From NCBI GenBank assembly GCA_051294375.1, contig CM119264.1:26311011-26375010 (forward strand): DNA of 64,000 nucleotides. The letters run 5' to 3'. The notes beneath the pieces were generated by a model. It searched no databases. It was not told the DNA's origin and was given only the letters and a program-made list of their open reading frames with translations. The stretch is from Paraspadella gotoi (lineage: Eukaryota > Animalia > Chaetognatha). Positions 38,574 through 53,655 of the stretch are shown here, in pieces. Numbering within the stretch: position 1 is the first letter of the stretch; each line of letters opens with the position of its first letter. The translations under genes were made by a program, and so were the position numbers.

Positions 38574-39320
38574 ATCACTTAAAATTTATGTTACTCGTTC
38601 AAATTTTAAAAGCAGAAATATGCCTATATATCTCTCTCTCTCGCAAACAGCAGTGTATTCACTGAAATTCAGTCAATTCACTGATTCCCTTTTTTTTTAC
38701 TGAATCAGCTCCGGTTTTTCCGAGAATTCCCCGAGAGGGACCGAAGGTCGAGCAGCAGAGACTGTGAGAGTGGGCGGACAATGGCGTTGAGCAAATAACA
38801 GGGAAGACGAGGAAGAGAGTGAGTGAGTGAGAGAGAGAGAGAGAGAGAGGAACCGGATAGGCGTGGTCGTGAGAGTGAGGTCGTCAGGGTCACCGAGTCT
38901 TTTACCCCAAATAGACCAGTTTTTTTCTCTTCAGTTTCGGTTAGCGAAAGTGGAAAGCAAAACTCAAGGTGAAAAAAAGTCAGTAAAAAAAGTTTAGGGT
39001 ATTTAAGAATAATTGGGATTACCTAATACACTACTAGAAATTAACAGTTATGGCCATTCGTCCGGCATTCTCGATTATTTCCAATCCGCCTGCCGCCAAA
39101 ATGCTGACCTAGAATTGAAATTGTTTGGTAATTTCAACGAATTATACATGAAACCTTATGACGTATGCCGCAGGGCAAATCCTGCTTGAAACTCGGCATC
39201 AAATGCTTGATAAAATAAAAAAATCCTTTTGTTGCCGTTGGTGAAGAAATTCAGGTTTTAAAGAAGCTTCGATGCCGGAAGCTAGGAAAAGGCCGCAATA
39301 CTCCCTCTCATCCTCTCTCT

Positions 39321-39378
<58 letters not shown>

Positions 39379-39680
39379 CTTAGTTTAAATCTTTCCTCAA
39401 GAAAAAAAGTATGAGTGAAAAATCCCCGTCCCCTCCGAGAAAACCTTCGTATGTTTTTAAAGTGAATTTTTGAAAAAAGTTTTCTTCTCTTCTTTCTTTT
39501 TGCTTCTTTTTCCTGCATTATGAGGCGGAGAGGGAGTCACAAAAATCGTGAGGGGATTCACGCTTCTGCCATGAAAGGGATTTGCGAGTGAGAGTGAATA
39601 TGAACTCATTCAAAATTCCGCTTGGCGTCTGAATCGATTGAATTACAATTGAATACGAATTGACGGCTCGCTTCAGAGCG

Positions 39681-39726
<46 letters not shown>

Positions 39727-40316
39727 ATCTCTCATTTTTTGTCTATCTTTCTCTTACTTTCACTCATTCTCTTTCTTTTTTCTTGTCGCGTGTCACTCTC
39801 CCTCAGTGTCCATCTTTCTTTTACTTTCATTTCTCTCCTGAGCAAAACTTTTCAATGAATAAGAAGAAAAATAAAATATTGAATACACGTAGGCGCCATA
39901 CATATTATGCTGATTTAATTTCATAACTTAATCTAAAATATAAAGAGGCAAAAACAAGAATAACAAATAACAAAAATACTACTGAGAGAAAAGGTAAGTT
40001 TTTTTCTGAGCAGAGAGATTAACGACAATCACAGTACGTTTAAACATAGAGGCATCGTTATTATGGTAACATTGTAAATTTAACATCTAATAATATCAGC
40101 CTAAATATCGTGCTGTCCCGATTGTGGCAAAGAGGTATCATGCGACACTTTGACCCTTGAGATCGATAGTTCACTTCAAAAACGTGATTATGTTTTATCT
40201 GAAGTGATTACATACATCAGATTCTAGTATCCAACTATCCATCAATGTATGTTTTTATTCATATATGAGCTTTTCCTCCTCTGCTTCCTTCTATCTTTCG
40301 TTTTCCCTCCATCTCT

Positions 40317-40388
<72 letters not shown>

Positions 40389-40565
40389 TCGCTTCTCTCT
40401 CTCTTTATCCCTGACTGGAAAACTTAATTCCGTCAAGTCTCCCTCCGATCGCTGGTTTCCAATACGATATTGCTTCAATTAAGTCTTTCGTCGTAAAAAA
40501 AAAGTCACTTGAAAAATCCGAATATGACGCGCTTCTCTCTCTCTATTTCTTTTCTCTCTCCTCTT

Positions 40566-40650
<85 letters not shown>

Positions 40651-41062
40651 CGTTCTCTCTCTCTTTCTTTTCTCTTGTTTCTTTTGGTTTATTATATAAC
40701 AGTAAAAAAACAACTAATGATTTATAAAAAAAAGGACTCCGACTTGATGCGATCCTGCCTATTTTATTATCTCGATCTCGTTTAAATAAAAAATAACAAT
40801 CGACTCCTACACTTCATGTTTTCAGGCTATTCTCAACCCCCCCCCGCTTCGCCCGCCCTCCTTTCCCCAGTCGAAGATAAAAGTGTCAAAATCCATTTCG
40901 ATTCGCTCCTTGCCTTTTTCATTTCCTTTTTCCCTTTTTTTGTCATTTCCTTATCTCTTTATTCTACTTAAATGGAATCGTTGAGTTTTAGTTTTAGAAC
41001 AATGTAAACATTTGAAAAAAATTTAAAACAACTGTTATACTTATATGAAAAAACTTTTTTTG

Positions 41063-41087
41063 NNNNNNNNNNNNNNNNNNNNNNNNN
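41063..41087. other. 25-N assembly gap at the palindrome centre (25-N gaps also at 3747, 6655, 8990, 14956, 16585, 58883)
   Basis: Each of these gaps counted as exactly 25 N. Confidence 0.95.
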
Positions 41088-41305
41088 TCTCTCTCTCTCT
41101 CTCGTCTCTCTTTCCCCCTCCTCTCTCTCTTTCCCCCCTCTCTCTCTCTCTCTCTTCGTCTCTCTCGTCTCTCTCTCTCTCTCTCTCTCTCTTCTTCTCT
41201 CTCTCCTCTTTCTCTTTATTCATAATTTCTTCCTTTATTTTTTTCCTTTAATATCTTAATACATTTGTATCTTAATTTTTTCTTTCAATTTTAAATCAAA
41301 ATATT

Positions 41306-41728
41306 CAAAAAAAGTTTTTTCCATAAATAATGTATAACAGTTGTTTTACAAATTTTTTCAAATGTTTACATTGTTCTAAAACTAAAACTCAACGATTCGC
41401 ATTTAAAGTAGAATAAGAGATAAGAATGACAAAAAAAGGGAAAAAGGAAATGAAAAAGGCAAACGAATACGAAAATGGATTTGAACACTTTTATCTCGAC
41501 TGGGGAAAGGAAGGGCGGGGCGAAGCGGGGGGGGGTTGAAATAAGCCTGAAAACAATGAAGTGTAGAGTCGATGTTATTTTTTTTATTTAAACGAGATCG
41601 AGATAATAAAATATGGCAGGATCGCATCAAGTCGGAGTTCGCTTTTTTTATAAATCATTAGTTTGTTTTTTACTGTTTATATAATAAAACCAAAAGAAAC
41701 AGAGAAAAGAAAGAGAGAGAGAAACGAG

Positions 41729-41806
<78 letters not shown>

Positions 41807-41990
41807 AGAGAAGAGAAAGAGGAGAGAGAAAAGAAATGAGAGGAGAAGCCGTCATATTCGATTTTTCAAGTGACTTTTTTTTACGAGAAAGAACTTAATT
41901 GAAAGCATATCGTAGTTGGAAACCAGCGATCGGAGGGAATGGACTTGACGGAATTAGTTTTCCAGTCAGGGATAAAGAGAGAGAGAAGCG

Positions 41991-42058
<68 letters not shown>

Positions 42059-43101
42059 AGAGAGAGAGAAGAGAGAGGTATGAGAATGAGGAAAACGAAA
42101 GAATAGAAGGAAGCAGAGGAGGAAAAGCTCATAATCATGAATAAACATACATTGATGGATAGTTGGATACTAGAAATCTGATGTTGTAATCACTTCAGAT
42201 AAACATACATCACGTTTTGAAGTGAACTATCGATCTCAAGGGTCAAAAGTGTCGCATGATACTCTTTGCCAACAATCGGGACAGCACGATATTTAGGCTG
42301 ATATTATTAGATGTTAAATTTACAATGTTACCAATGAATAACGTATGCCTCTTATGTTTAAACGTACTGTGATTGTCGTTAATCCTTCTGCTCAGAAAAA
42401 AATTACCTTTTCTCTCAGTAGTATTTTTGTTATTTGTTTTTAATTCTTGTTTTTGCCTCTTATATTTTAAGATTAAAGTTTATTGAAATTAAATCAGCAT
42501 AATATGTATGGCGGCCTACGTGTATTCAATATTTATTTTTCTTCTTATTCATTGAAAATTTTGGGCTAGGAGAGAAATGAAAGTAAAAGAAAGATGGACA
42601 CTGAGGGAGAGTGACACGCGACAAGAAAAAGAAAAGAGAAGAGTGAAAGTAAGAGAAAAGATAGAACAAAAAATGAGAGATATAAGAGTAGAGAGGAGAG
42701 GAAGAGACCGAGAGAAGAGAAGAGGAGAGAGAGAAGAGAGAGAGGAGAAAGAGAGAGAGAGAGAGAGAAGAAAGAAGAGAGAGAGAGACTCGCTCTAAGC
42801 GAGCGTCAATTCGTATTCAATTGTAAATTCCAATCGTTCAGATCGCCAAGCGGAATTTTTGAATGAGTTCATATTCACTCTCATGGCAATCCTTTCATGG
42901 CGAAAGCGTGAATCCCTCACGATTTTTGTGACTACCGTCTCCGCCTCATAGATGCAGGAAAGAAGCAAAAAGAAAGAAGAGAAGAAAACTTTTCTTCAAA
43001 AAATTCACTTTAAAAACATACGAAGGTTTTTTCATTCGGAGGGGACGGGGATTTTTTCCACTCATACTTTTTTCTTGAGGAAAGATTTAAACTAAGAAAA
43101 G

Positions 43102-43169
<68 letters not shown>

Positions 43170-46100
43170 GATTGCGTTGCCTTTTCCTAGCTTCCGGCAT
43201 CGAAGCTTTAAAACCTGAAAATTCTTCACCAACGGCAACAAAAAGGATTTTTTTTATTTAATCAAGCATTTGATGCCCGAGTTTCAAAGCAGGAATTTGC
43301 CGTGCGGCATACGTCATACAGGTTTCATGTATAATTCGTTTGAAATTTAACCACAATTTCAATTCTAGGTCAAGCATTTTGGCGGCAGGCGGATTGAAAT
43401 AATCGAGAATGGCCGGACGAAATGGCCATAACTGTTAATTTCTAGTAGTGTATTAGGTAATCCCAATTAATTCTTAAATACCCTAAACCTTTTTTTACTG
43501 ACTTTTTTTTCACCTGAGTTTTGCTTTCCACTTTCGCTAACGAACTGAAGAGAAAAACTGGTCTATTTGGGGTAAAAGACTCGTGAACTGACGACCTTCA
43601 ACTCTCAACGACCACGCCTAATCCGGTCCTCTCTCTCTCCTCTCTCTCTCACTCACTCACTCTCTCTCCTCGTCTTCCTGTTATTTGCTCAACGGTGTGC
43701 CGGACCATTTGTCCGCACCACTCTCCACAGTCCTTGCTGGCTCGACCTTCGGTCCTCTCGGAGGAATTCTCGGAAAAACCGAAGTGATTCAGTAAAAAAA
43801 AGGATAGTGAATTGACTGAATTTCTCAGGTGAATCACAAAAACTGCTGTTTGCCGAGAGAGGAGAGAGAGATATATAGGCATTATTTCTGCTTTTAAAAA
43901 TTTGAACGAGTAACATTACCAAAAAAAATTTTGATTAAGTGATTTTATTTTTAATAAAACTTCGCTAATATCCGAAAATTAAGTTTCAACAAGAGGGGAG
44001 TTTAAACGCCAAAGCTCGCAAGCTTTCTTGCAATATCTGTTTCATGTAGGCCGGGCGGCAAGATTCGCACCATCCATACGGCTTTTCCTGTGGAGAAAAG
44101 GAATGAATGAATTCTTGTACTTTTTTATTTGTATTTAATATTACAAATCGTTCTAAAAACACCTACACTGTCATTAAAGCGGTAAAAAGTTTAAATTTAA
44201 CTTTAAATATATAAAAAAATGCATTTATAATTTTTGCATTTACGCAGTAGGCTATATTTATAAATACGTACTAACCCTATAAATGTTAAATTTCAAATGG
44301 TTTTTATCACTTTTTTTTTCAGATTTCGATTTCGTCATAAAAAAGTTGTTAAAAGAAATATAACTCTTTTTTAAAAAATTCCTTAGCAATTAAGTTGGTC
44401 AAAGATTAGAAAAAGCTATTTTAAAGCTGAAATTAAATTTTTGTAATATTAAATATAGTTTTATTTTAATTTTTAATCTACTTAATGAAATAATTTTTTT
44501 CGCAGGAATTCGAATCTGCCATCAAAAATAATAAAATCCATTTTAAAATTTTAGGAATTTCTTCAAGTTAGTCACTATGTATATAATATATTGCGAGAAA
44601 ATTAAAAAAAATTAAAATTATATTTTTTTTATATTAATTTCACTGCGCTGGTTGTTTCATAAAATTGACAATTGGAATTTCCATTTTTTGAACTTTCAAC
44701 TTCGCTCTAATGTACATACTTCCGATTTCCGAATCACTTTGGTACCCTGTCCATCTTGCACCAGTCCGTAGTCCATTTGCACTCTCCGTCCGCCAATGGA
44801 CCGCCACGACAGGGACAGGAATTTTTCTGCCAGCATCGCGTTGCACCAAGGAAGGCTTCCTCCTCAACGAATGGGCACAGTTTTCCCTGGCCGAGGGACG
44901 AATTAAAAATACTGTAACATACATTTATATAGAAATATATTAATATATCACTACATAACGAATATTAATATGCATCGGTTGGTCAGCCCTGTTGGTCGAC
45001 GCAAGCGAGGACGCCGGATCCGCCAAGCGACGGCGGCGATGGCAACGACGAGCAGAGCGACGATTCTTAAGGCGGCCATTTTTGGTTTTGAAGTCTGAGG
45101 TCTTTCCTAGGGTGGAGGTGGGGGGGGGGAGTGGAAGGGATGAAGGATAACCGAACACTTTTTATCATCTCAGTAATCAGACATGTAACACCAATGAAAA
45201 ACAAAAAAAATATTATTAAATAATTTTATTTAATAAATATATATGTTATTAAAAAGGTCGGTAACCTGAGACAGCGATAAACTCCGGCGAATCCAATGAC
45301 TATTGTGGAGTTGTAGTCGGCATTGCTAGGTTCACCCCCGCCTATAAGCATAAACACGTTCAGACTGACCCGTGGCTCATTGAGTAAAGCCATCAGCTCA
45401 TGACCACTAGGTACCGGGTTCAATCCCAACCTTGGTACATCCCTGCGGGAAGCCTGAAGGACGGCCTTAAAGCCGCCTTGGGGGCGTGGCCACACCCTAG
45501 CTGGTTTCCAAAGCCCATGGACCGCGTTCCACCATAGCTAGCTATAGGGGGTTATAGAAGTTACGGAATAGTCATCTTTCAGCCCAACTTATGCGCATTA
45601 TCCACAGAGTAACAAACATACGCGTTGAGGGAATTTTTTCACTTCGATGAATAAATTTTAACGCCAAACTGCGTTACTGCAAAAGTCGCCGGTGAATAAA
45701 ACGCTGCATTTTGCAAACCATTGGTTGTTTCAATTGATTATCAAAAGTTAGTTAAAATAGGAAATAACTAAATTCCAGTTATGTGTTCAAAATTTTTAAT
45801 TTTATTGATCAGTTAAGATAGGGCTTTGACAATGAGTGGAGAAAAGTTGGCTTTTAAAATGGGGTTTGCATTTTCCAACTACTAATTTAATTTTTTTTTT
45901 AACTTTTAACACTTTTTTGATAAGTATTTATTAAGATATTTAATCATATTAATGAGCTCTGAAAGACCTTAAATTATGAGAATGACACACTTAAGAAAGC
46001 TGTTACCACCGATAAAAAAAAACAAGCTGCCAGCTTGATTCAATTAAGAAGTTAGAAAGTGAATTATCTTAAAATTTTTCAATGTTTTTTAAAAATATGT

Positions 46101-49100
46101 TTACATTATTATAATATAAACATATAAGGTATCATAAAAGAGCCTAAAGAATAAAAGATTTTAAGAGACCTATTTTTCAAAATATACTCTTCCAGCTATC
46201 ATTTGCTAAGGCATATAAAAGTCGATTGATATGAAATTTGCAATACAATAATAGTTTTTGGTTTTAACTTTTTTTAAATTCATATTTAAGTAAGCATTTT
46301 GAGTAAGTTCATCGTTGACATCGTTGACAAAAGTGACGGTTTCCTTTATTCAAAATTTCTGCCTGAAACCTTTCCATTATGAAATTAAAAACCTCTTTCG
46401 GAACTCTCGACTTCAGTCGCGATGAAATAAAAAATGAGAATTTCGGCTTTGTCTAATATATTTAAATACGTAATTATCAACAATAAGATTGATTCGTTGT
46501 GTTTGTCGAAAGCCCAATTCCTTCTTATATTTTTAAAGCATCTACGGAAATTTCGAAATTCGTTCTCCGAAAAGCATTTAGCAACGCTTTAAACAACTGC
46601 AACCACCAATTATTAAACTTACCTTCCGCGAAAACGAAGCGAGGAATAACAGACCAAAGATCGAATCCAGTTTCGGTTTCATTTCGACGCTGTTTATAAG
46701 CCTCTCGTAATGTAATGCACACTTAGCAAGATAAGCAAATTTTACAAGTATCGTGAATTGTGTTCTATAGTCACAGCTGGTAAGCCGATGAATTTTTTTT
46801 TTAATCTGAAAACTTATAATTTTAATTATATTTTATTTATATAATATTTAAATAATTACAATTTTTTTTCAAAATTTGTGTGACTGGCTTTCTTTCGTTG
46901 CGTTTAGGATTTTGTTTACAGTTGTTTGTAAATAAGAATACAAATTTTCTTCCCCTCAAACATGTTAAAATCTAAATATTTTTAATTTTTGCAACTTTTT
47001 GATATTTAATTACAAAAAGGCTGCAAACTTTTATAAAATAAAAATATAGCGGCTCTTTATTTAACCTGTTTTACAACTGTGAGCAAAAAAACAATATGAC
47101 TATTGCGCTCTTGTCATGACAAATGAAAAGGTGAGAGGCATCAATCTGGCATTTTTCATTGGATTAATCATTAAAATTGAAGCAAAATGAAAGCGAAAAT
47201 CTGTTTATTGTTCAATGAATTCTTTTTCCCAAACTTAGATAAGAACGGATTCAGTACAATCGAATTAAGAAGGTGAAAAGACCTCAAATTTAGTGAACAG
47301 TAATCATTTATCAATAACTTAAAAGAATCCTTAAGAATTATAGACTATTTAAGAATGCATCACAATAATTGTCTAGAAATCATAGCTTAACTGTTATTAT
47401 CCATTCGACATCTGCGCCGTAGGATGTCGCTTTCGCACGGAAAATGACTATCATTGTTTTTTCTTCGCGATTTCCCGGTCAAAAGCTGAAGGGTGAAACG
47501 ACAGTGAACCCTCATATTTTTTCTTTTCTTTTGGCCATCGAAAACGATTTCCTTTGCCTCTCTCCTCTCTCTCTCTTTCTTCTCTCTCCTCTCTCCTCAA
47601 GCTCTCTCATCTCTATCTCGTCTCAGCTCTCTCTCTCTCTCTCTCTCTCTCTCCTCCTCTCTCTGCTCATCTCGCCCTTTCGCTGCGTCGCTTTGCACTT
47701 TCCTATCTTTTGTTCTTTTTCCTATTTTGGCTATTTTTTAAATTTCATTATCGAGGCTCGTTTTTCAACCTGACGGCTCGGAAAAATTTCTCACTCTCTT
47801 TATCTTCTCTCTGCTCTGCTCTTCATCTCTTCTCTCTCTCTCTCTTCTGCTTTCTCTTATTCTAGATAAAGAGAGAGAAAATAGAAGAGACAATAAGAGA
47901 GATGATCAACTGATAAGCGAACTTCTTTCTTTGCCGGTTCATATATTCCTATTTTCATCGCTCATTTTCTTTCTCATTTCTTTGCCACTTTTTTGCCGGA
48001 GCCATCTTTGTGTCAAGTATCTACCCACATTAACCCGTGAAATTTGATTTGTTTTAGATGATTTTAAGAGTAAAAATATTTAAGGTTATTCAGCTAACTT
48101 TTTTTTCTCTTCAGTAAATAACAGTAAATTTCTTGTTACATTTTTAAGACTTTGTGTTGGTTTTTTTCTTTAATTTATTTAATATTTAGAAGAAAATAAA
48201 AAATAATGAATTAAAATGGTTTCCGAAAAATATCGAATTTGCAAACAGGATCTTAAAGCGTGAATAATTATTGTTTAAAGAAATGCTCGCCTTTGTACCG
48301 TTAATTTTAGTAATTGGCGAAATTTCTTCCTTCCTTTTTTTTGATTATATTTTAATGCTATATTTTTTAATAGTTATTTTAAAATAAAAAAAATTGAACC
48401 CAAGAAAAATAAACGAAATCATCAATTAATTTCCACATAAACTTAACCTTAATTCTCGTCAACTTCTTCGTTCGTCATCCTCTTCGTCGAATATATGGTT
48501 GTCGTCTTCTTCGGCGTCGTCATCCATTACCCCCCCTCTCCTTCCCCCCCCCCGCAAAAACTTCAGTCGCGGCATGAGACGAAGAATGCCTATTTTTTGA
48601 TTTATGAGTTCTTAAGGGGTCTCTCGGAGACTTCGGTCACGTTCGGGGGGTTGTTAAAAACTCCTGATTTAAGGGAGAGAGACTGAGAAAGAGAAGATTG
48701 GATTCGCCGCTTTTTGTGGCAGAAGTGTGGACTCGAACCCCTTTTCACGGAGGCGGGAAAGGTTCATTCGAGCGTTAGAAAAACGGGGGGGGGTGGGGGT
48801 GAGTGGTGAGGGAGAGTTGTGAAGGGTTTAGGTGAGGTGGTGGCTTTTTGTGATGGTGAAAAGGAGGATATCGTGAGGGGGATAATAGGTAAATTCATTT
48901 TAATACAGTTATTAAAATGTAAAAACTGCTATTAATAAAAGGTGCTTTTGAACGCAGGTTGTACTTTGTACACACTTTATAGGGACGAACGACTGAAAGC
49001 TAAGTAATGTACTTTGCCACAAAAAAATATGCAAAATAACAATATCAAAAAAAATAACAGACTGTTTAGAAGCATTAAAATAACATTAATTAGTAAGTTA

Positions 49101-51968
49101 ATAATTATTTATTGGTTAAAAGTATGTAAACAATATAGTATATTTTAGTGGGGGCATGTAGTCGGGCATTGCTTAGGCTAAACCCTCAAGGCTGGTTCCA
49201 GCCCAGGACCCGTTCCGCATATCTGCTAGAGGGGTTAATAGAAGTTACGGATAGTCTCTTCCTGTCCGCATTAAGCGCCTTATCCACATATATATGTCAT
49301 AATGTTCTTTGATTTCTATTCCATTCATTAATTATTTGAAGCATAAAAGGGCCGCAAAAGGCCAGGAAATTTACACGATTTGTACAAATTGTATTAAAAT
49401 TGAGCTAATGTCAGGTTAGAATTTGAAGGGAGGTAATTATATTGCCCGGATATTGGTTAAAAGTATGGCGGTCCTCATTATTAATTATGGAGAAAACGAA
49501 AAACCAAAACCCTAAAAAATAAATAATAAAAATCATATTTTAAAAGGCTAACAAGCTCAATATTACAAAAAAATTACTATGAAATTCCCTTGTATTTTTA
49601 CATTAGCAACTAACATTAATATTATAATGTAATATATAATAATACATCATATATGATATATCAAAAATATAAAATTTATGAGAAAAAAAATAAATTTTCG
49701 CCCTGTCTCTGTGCCGATCATCTCGACAAAGCTCTCTTAAGGGCGAGAGGAATTAAGTTAAGAAAATCTCCAAAACTGGATAAGAGAGAGAGAGAGAGGG
49801 AGGGGGATAGTGGAAAGGAGAGAGAATGAAAAAGAGAAAGAAGAAGAAGAAAGAAAGAAAAGAAGAAAGAAAGAAAGAAAGAAGAAAGAAAGAAAGAAAG
49901 AGAGATAGACGTATTGACGGTTGTCGATTTTGAAAAGAAAACAATTTCGTTTGAAGAAGAAGGGATTTGCAGACGCGAGTCGTTTTGCTCTTCCACCTTT
50001 TTTTTCTGTTTTTTTTTTTTTTTTTTATAGTTTTCACCTATTTCTATTGTTTAGTTTTCTTGCCTTCTATTGCGCAAACCATAAAAAATAGTATTTTAGT
50101 CTACATTTATGATAAAAAAATATAATTAGCGATGTGATTCCTGCACATTTTTAAAAATCAATTATCTTTGTTAAATTTGTTTTTCAAATAAAATATATAA
50201 TTTTTTTTATGGTTTTTAAATTTTTCTTTTACCATGAGAAAATCGGTCTGACTGAAAATTTAGAAAGTATTTTAGTTTAATAAGTATAAAATATAACTTC
50301 AATTAAAAACTAGGTAATATCCACTATTTCAAAACAGTTATTAATAAACAGTGCCGGATCTGCGTACGACATCATTTTAGGTTAAGCAGGTTATCAGATG
50401 GAATATTTTTAATTTTTGACAATTTAAGCTTATTCCATCAAGGGGTCGAATTTAAAACTAAACTTGATTTCCGGCTCATCACCCAAACAATTTTAAAGCA
50501 AAAATCGCCCGAATCTAGTAATTCGCAATAAGCAGATCGCGGCTAAAAATACTTTATTATAGTGCTAAAACGTCTTAATTTACGAACAGCTATTTGGTGG
50601 CAAAGAAACATAATATAAATTTGCTGGCAAAAATTTTTAAACTTTAAGATAGTGGGTTAAAAGTTCCCACTTATTTAATTTTAATAACGGCGTATTTAGT
50701 ACAAAGCTGAAGCCATTTGAAACACGTACACCGCTAGAAAAATTTACCAAATAAAAACTTGGAAGAGTTTTTTAAAAATTTTTAAATTGATATATTTTAA
50801 AGACAAGACATTTTTTATGAATCGGAAAACGAATTCCACATGTATGAAATATCAAATGTCCCGCCCCCTTCTCAGTTTACTTTTACTTAAATAGGTAAAA
50901 GAGAGGTAAAAGAATGGCTTGGAAAATGATCTTCCCTCTAATAATTAATATTTTAGATAAAAAAATTTTGGTCTCATTTTAAGGATGATTTTATAAAAAG
51001 AAAAATAGGCAATAAATATTAATATTTTCCCGAGAGCCCGACAAAAAACTGAATACTATAATATAATTTTTTGATTCTGTAGCATAAAAAATTCTTTTTA
51101 GGACAAGACAAAGTTATAAAAAGTTTAGATTTGTGATAAATCACCTTTCGTTTTGTTGTTTGAAATATATTAGAGAAAACGAATTTTTTTCGCGCTTTAT
51201 TAAAACGACATTTATTTTTAATATATGAACAAGTTTTCGACTCCTAGTTTACGAGTCTTCATCACTCTGAATGAAGTTTGTTTTTAAGATAATCAATGGC
51301 AAGGTATAATCACTTGGAATCGGCGGACCAAAATGAATCGGATGCCGCGATTCGGGGGATCGGCCGAGAGCCCGGATTCTGCCCTCTTAATTGGCGACCA
51401 CCAAGTGGTAGTCAACCAATCACAGATGGGCCTCATGCCATCAGGAAACTGCGTGCCGTGCCGATGATTCCGATTGCCCTCGCGTAAATTTACTGGCCAT
51501 TTTTGTACTGATTCACTCTGTCTCAAATTCTGAGACACCGTCTTGCGCTTGTTCATATATGGTTCATGTTTAAATCCCTGTCCTACTTACTTAACATGTG
51601 GTGACAGGAGGGATTCGAATTTACTAGCCAATCCAAAAAGAAAGAGACAAGCCCTTAAGCCACCGACGCCAACCTCAAGAAGAATTCCCTGTCTACTTAC
51701 TTAAATGGTAATACTTCTTTGCTAAATTATAAATCAATAGATTCCCTGAAATCAATTTTAACGAACTTTCTTTGTGATACCCATACCTAGCAACAAGTTA
51801 AGTGGATTGCTTTAAAGGAGTTTATGAATTCCAGGTAACAAATTTCCATTTATTTCTGATTGAAAAGCTCGAATTTGCTTCCTTCTTATCTTTTAGTCCG
51901 TCCGTCCATCCCGTCCCGTCCGGCAGAACCGACATTGTTGCTCAAACTTGTTTTCGTTCACTGCGAAC
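41306..51968 (-). repeat. Right arm (~10.7 kb) of the large inverted duplication, indel-rich
   Basis: Starts CAAAAAAAGTTTTTTCCAT and ends ...CGTTCACTGCGAAC followed by (GA)n. About 4-5% longer than the left arm because of scattered small insertions. Confidence 0.95.
44002..45079 (-). pseudogene. Mirror copy of the two-ShKT gene in the right arm of the large inverted duplication, frameshifted (probably by read errors)
   Basis: Reverse complement of all three exons is present (CAT at 45077-45079; exon 2 ~44743-44887; exon 3 with TTA at 44002-44004), with many 1-2 bp indels. Confidence 0.75.
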
Positions 51969-52920
51969 GAGAGAGAGAGCAAGAGCGCCGCAATCCTCTG
52001 ACCGCGAGGAGGCGTCGCGCTTTCCGCGGGTGGAGAAGTGGATTGACCAGAAACAAATATCGCGGAGATTTTTTGCTCGGAGTCGAGAGGTCAAAGGTCA
52101 CTGAGTGGATGGACCCCCGACTCCGTCGACTCTGGAGTCCGAATGTGGGACGTGGGTGGACCAGGGTGATGTGTTGTAGATTATTGAGGTCAGGGTGGCA
52201 GGACGTAAAACGTAGGCGCCCTGGCGGTCAGGAGGATGGCAAGAGTGTCAACGAGAAGACGTCATTGATTGGCAATGGAGTCCTCAAGTTAACTAACAGT
52301 CCGGACTAAGAGGCAAGAAAATGCACAATTTAAGGTTGCCTCTGAGTGTGATTGTTTCTTCCATATGATTGTAAAGCAAGCTTTCTCCACACTCCCTACG
52401 GCGCCCCTTTTCTCCAATCAAAGAGAAGCGCCCTTTTTTTCCGCGGGCTTTGCTACGTCTTCTTTGGGTCTGAAGGGTGTTACATCAAATTCCCCTCCAT
52501 TTCCTTTCCGCTTATATTTCGCCTCTTTTCCTTTTTTTTTCTTTTTTTCTGCTTTTTTTAGCGCAAATCTTTTGACTCCTGATTTCCCCTTCAAATCAAC
52601 CTTGACTCAAAGATCGAGCCAGAAAAGAATTTCCTTTTGTCATTTTTTTCCCGACAAAAAAAAAAAGAAAGAAAAAAAAGTTGGGGGGAGGAAATGTTAA
52701 AAAGTAGGAGAAAGAGGAAAGGGAGGAAAAGAAAAGAAAAAAGAGAAACTGAGAAAAAGAAAAGAAAAAAGAAAAACTGAGGAATGGAAAAGAAAAGGGA
52801 GGAACGGAGGAAAGAAAAGAGGGAGGCGGAAAATGCATGAAAAAAGCAAGAAATAGATTCATAGGGAAAACACAGACTGGCCTCTCTTTCTCGCTCCTCT
52901 AAGAATCTATCACTCGATAC

Positions 52921-53028
<108 letters not shown>

Positions 53029-53566
53029 CGTTTTTACCCTTTACACTTATTTGCATACCCGAGTAAGAAATTCGAGAAGGTCAAAGTCGTTTTCGAGAGC
53101 GGATGGCCCATAAAAGATAAAACCTAATTTTTTTTTAAGGTGATAAAAATATATTATTTTGTAAGGAGACATCTTTTCGAAGCCTCTTAAGTTTGGCCAA
53201 TTACAAATGACATTTAAATGAGTTTGGTCGATAAATTGTATTTAAATATTGATGAAAAAGTTAAATTACTTCTTTTTTCTTGATGAAAAAAAAAAAATTC
53301 TTGCTGAGAAATCGATCTCAATTCTCCTCGAGCATTTTTTTCAAAATAAGAGAATGAAAAATGTATTCACAATCGTTGAAGTTGAATTCTTTTTTTATAA
53401 GCAATGTATATGTATAAAGTTAAATTGAGGTTGATCGAATTTGTCTCCTTTCTCAATATCCCAAGGGGCGCTCTGTTGCCTGAGCTCGGATGGTGAGACT
53501 GATAAGATATTTCATTCGAATGTCACTTCAATTTTCCCATCACGATCACACTTACTATACTATACT

Positions 53567-53655
<89 letters not shown>

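Larger units (their letters stand above)
30871..41062 (+). repeat. Left arm (~10.2 kb) of a large inverted duplication
   Basis: Starts GTTCGCAGTGAACGAAACAAG and ends ...AAAACTTTTTTTG at a 25-N gap. Collinear reverse complement at 41306-51968, checked at many anchors (ShKT exons, tRNA-like elements, microsatellites). Confidence 0.95.

Noticed and set aside
39040-40250. Short exon-like stretches (e.g. CCPDCGKEVSCDTLTLEID at ~40110-40165)
   Set aside because: In-frame stops, and no consistent spliced model on either strand.
41088-41150. SMRTbell adapter remnant at the palindrome centre
   Set aside because: Only CT-rich similarity, the GTTGTTGTT part is absent, and CT tracts are everywhere in this genome.
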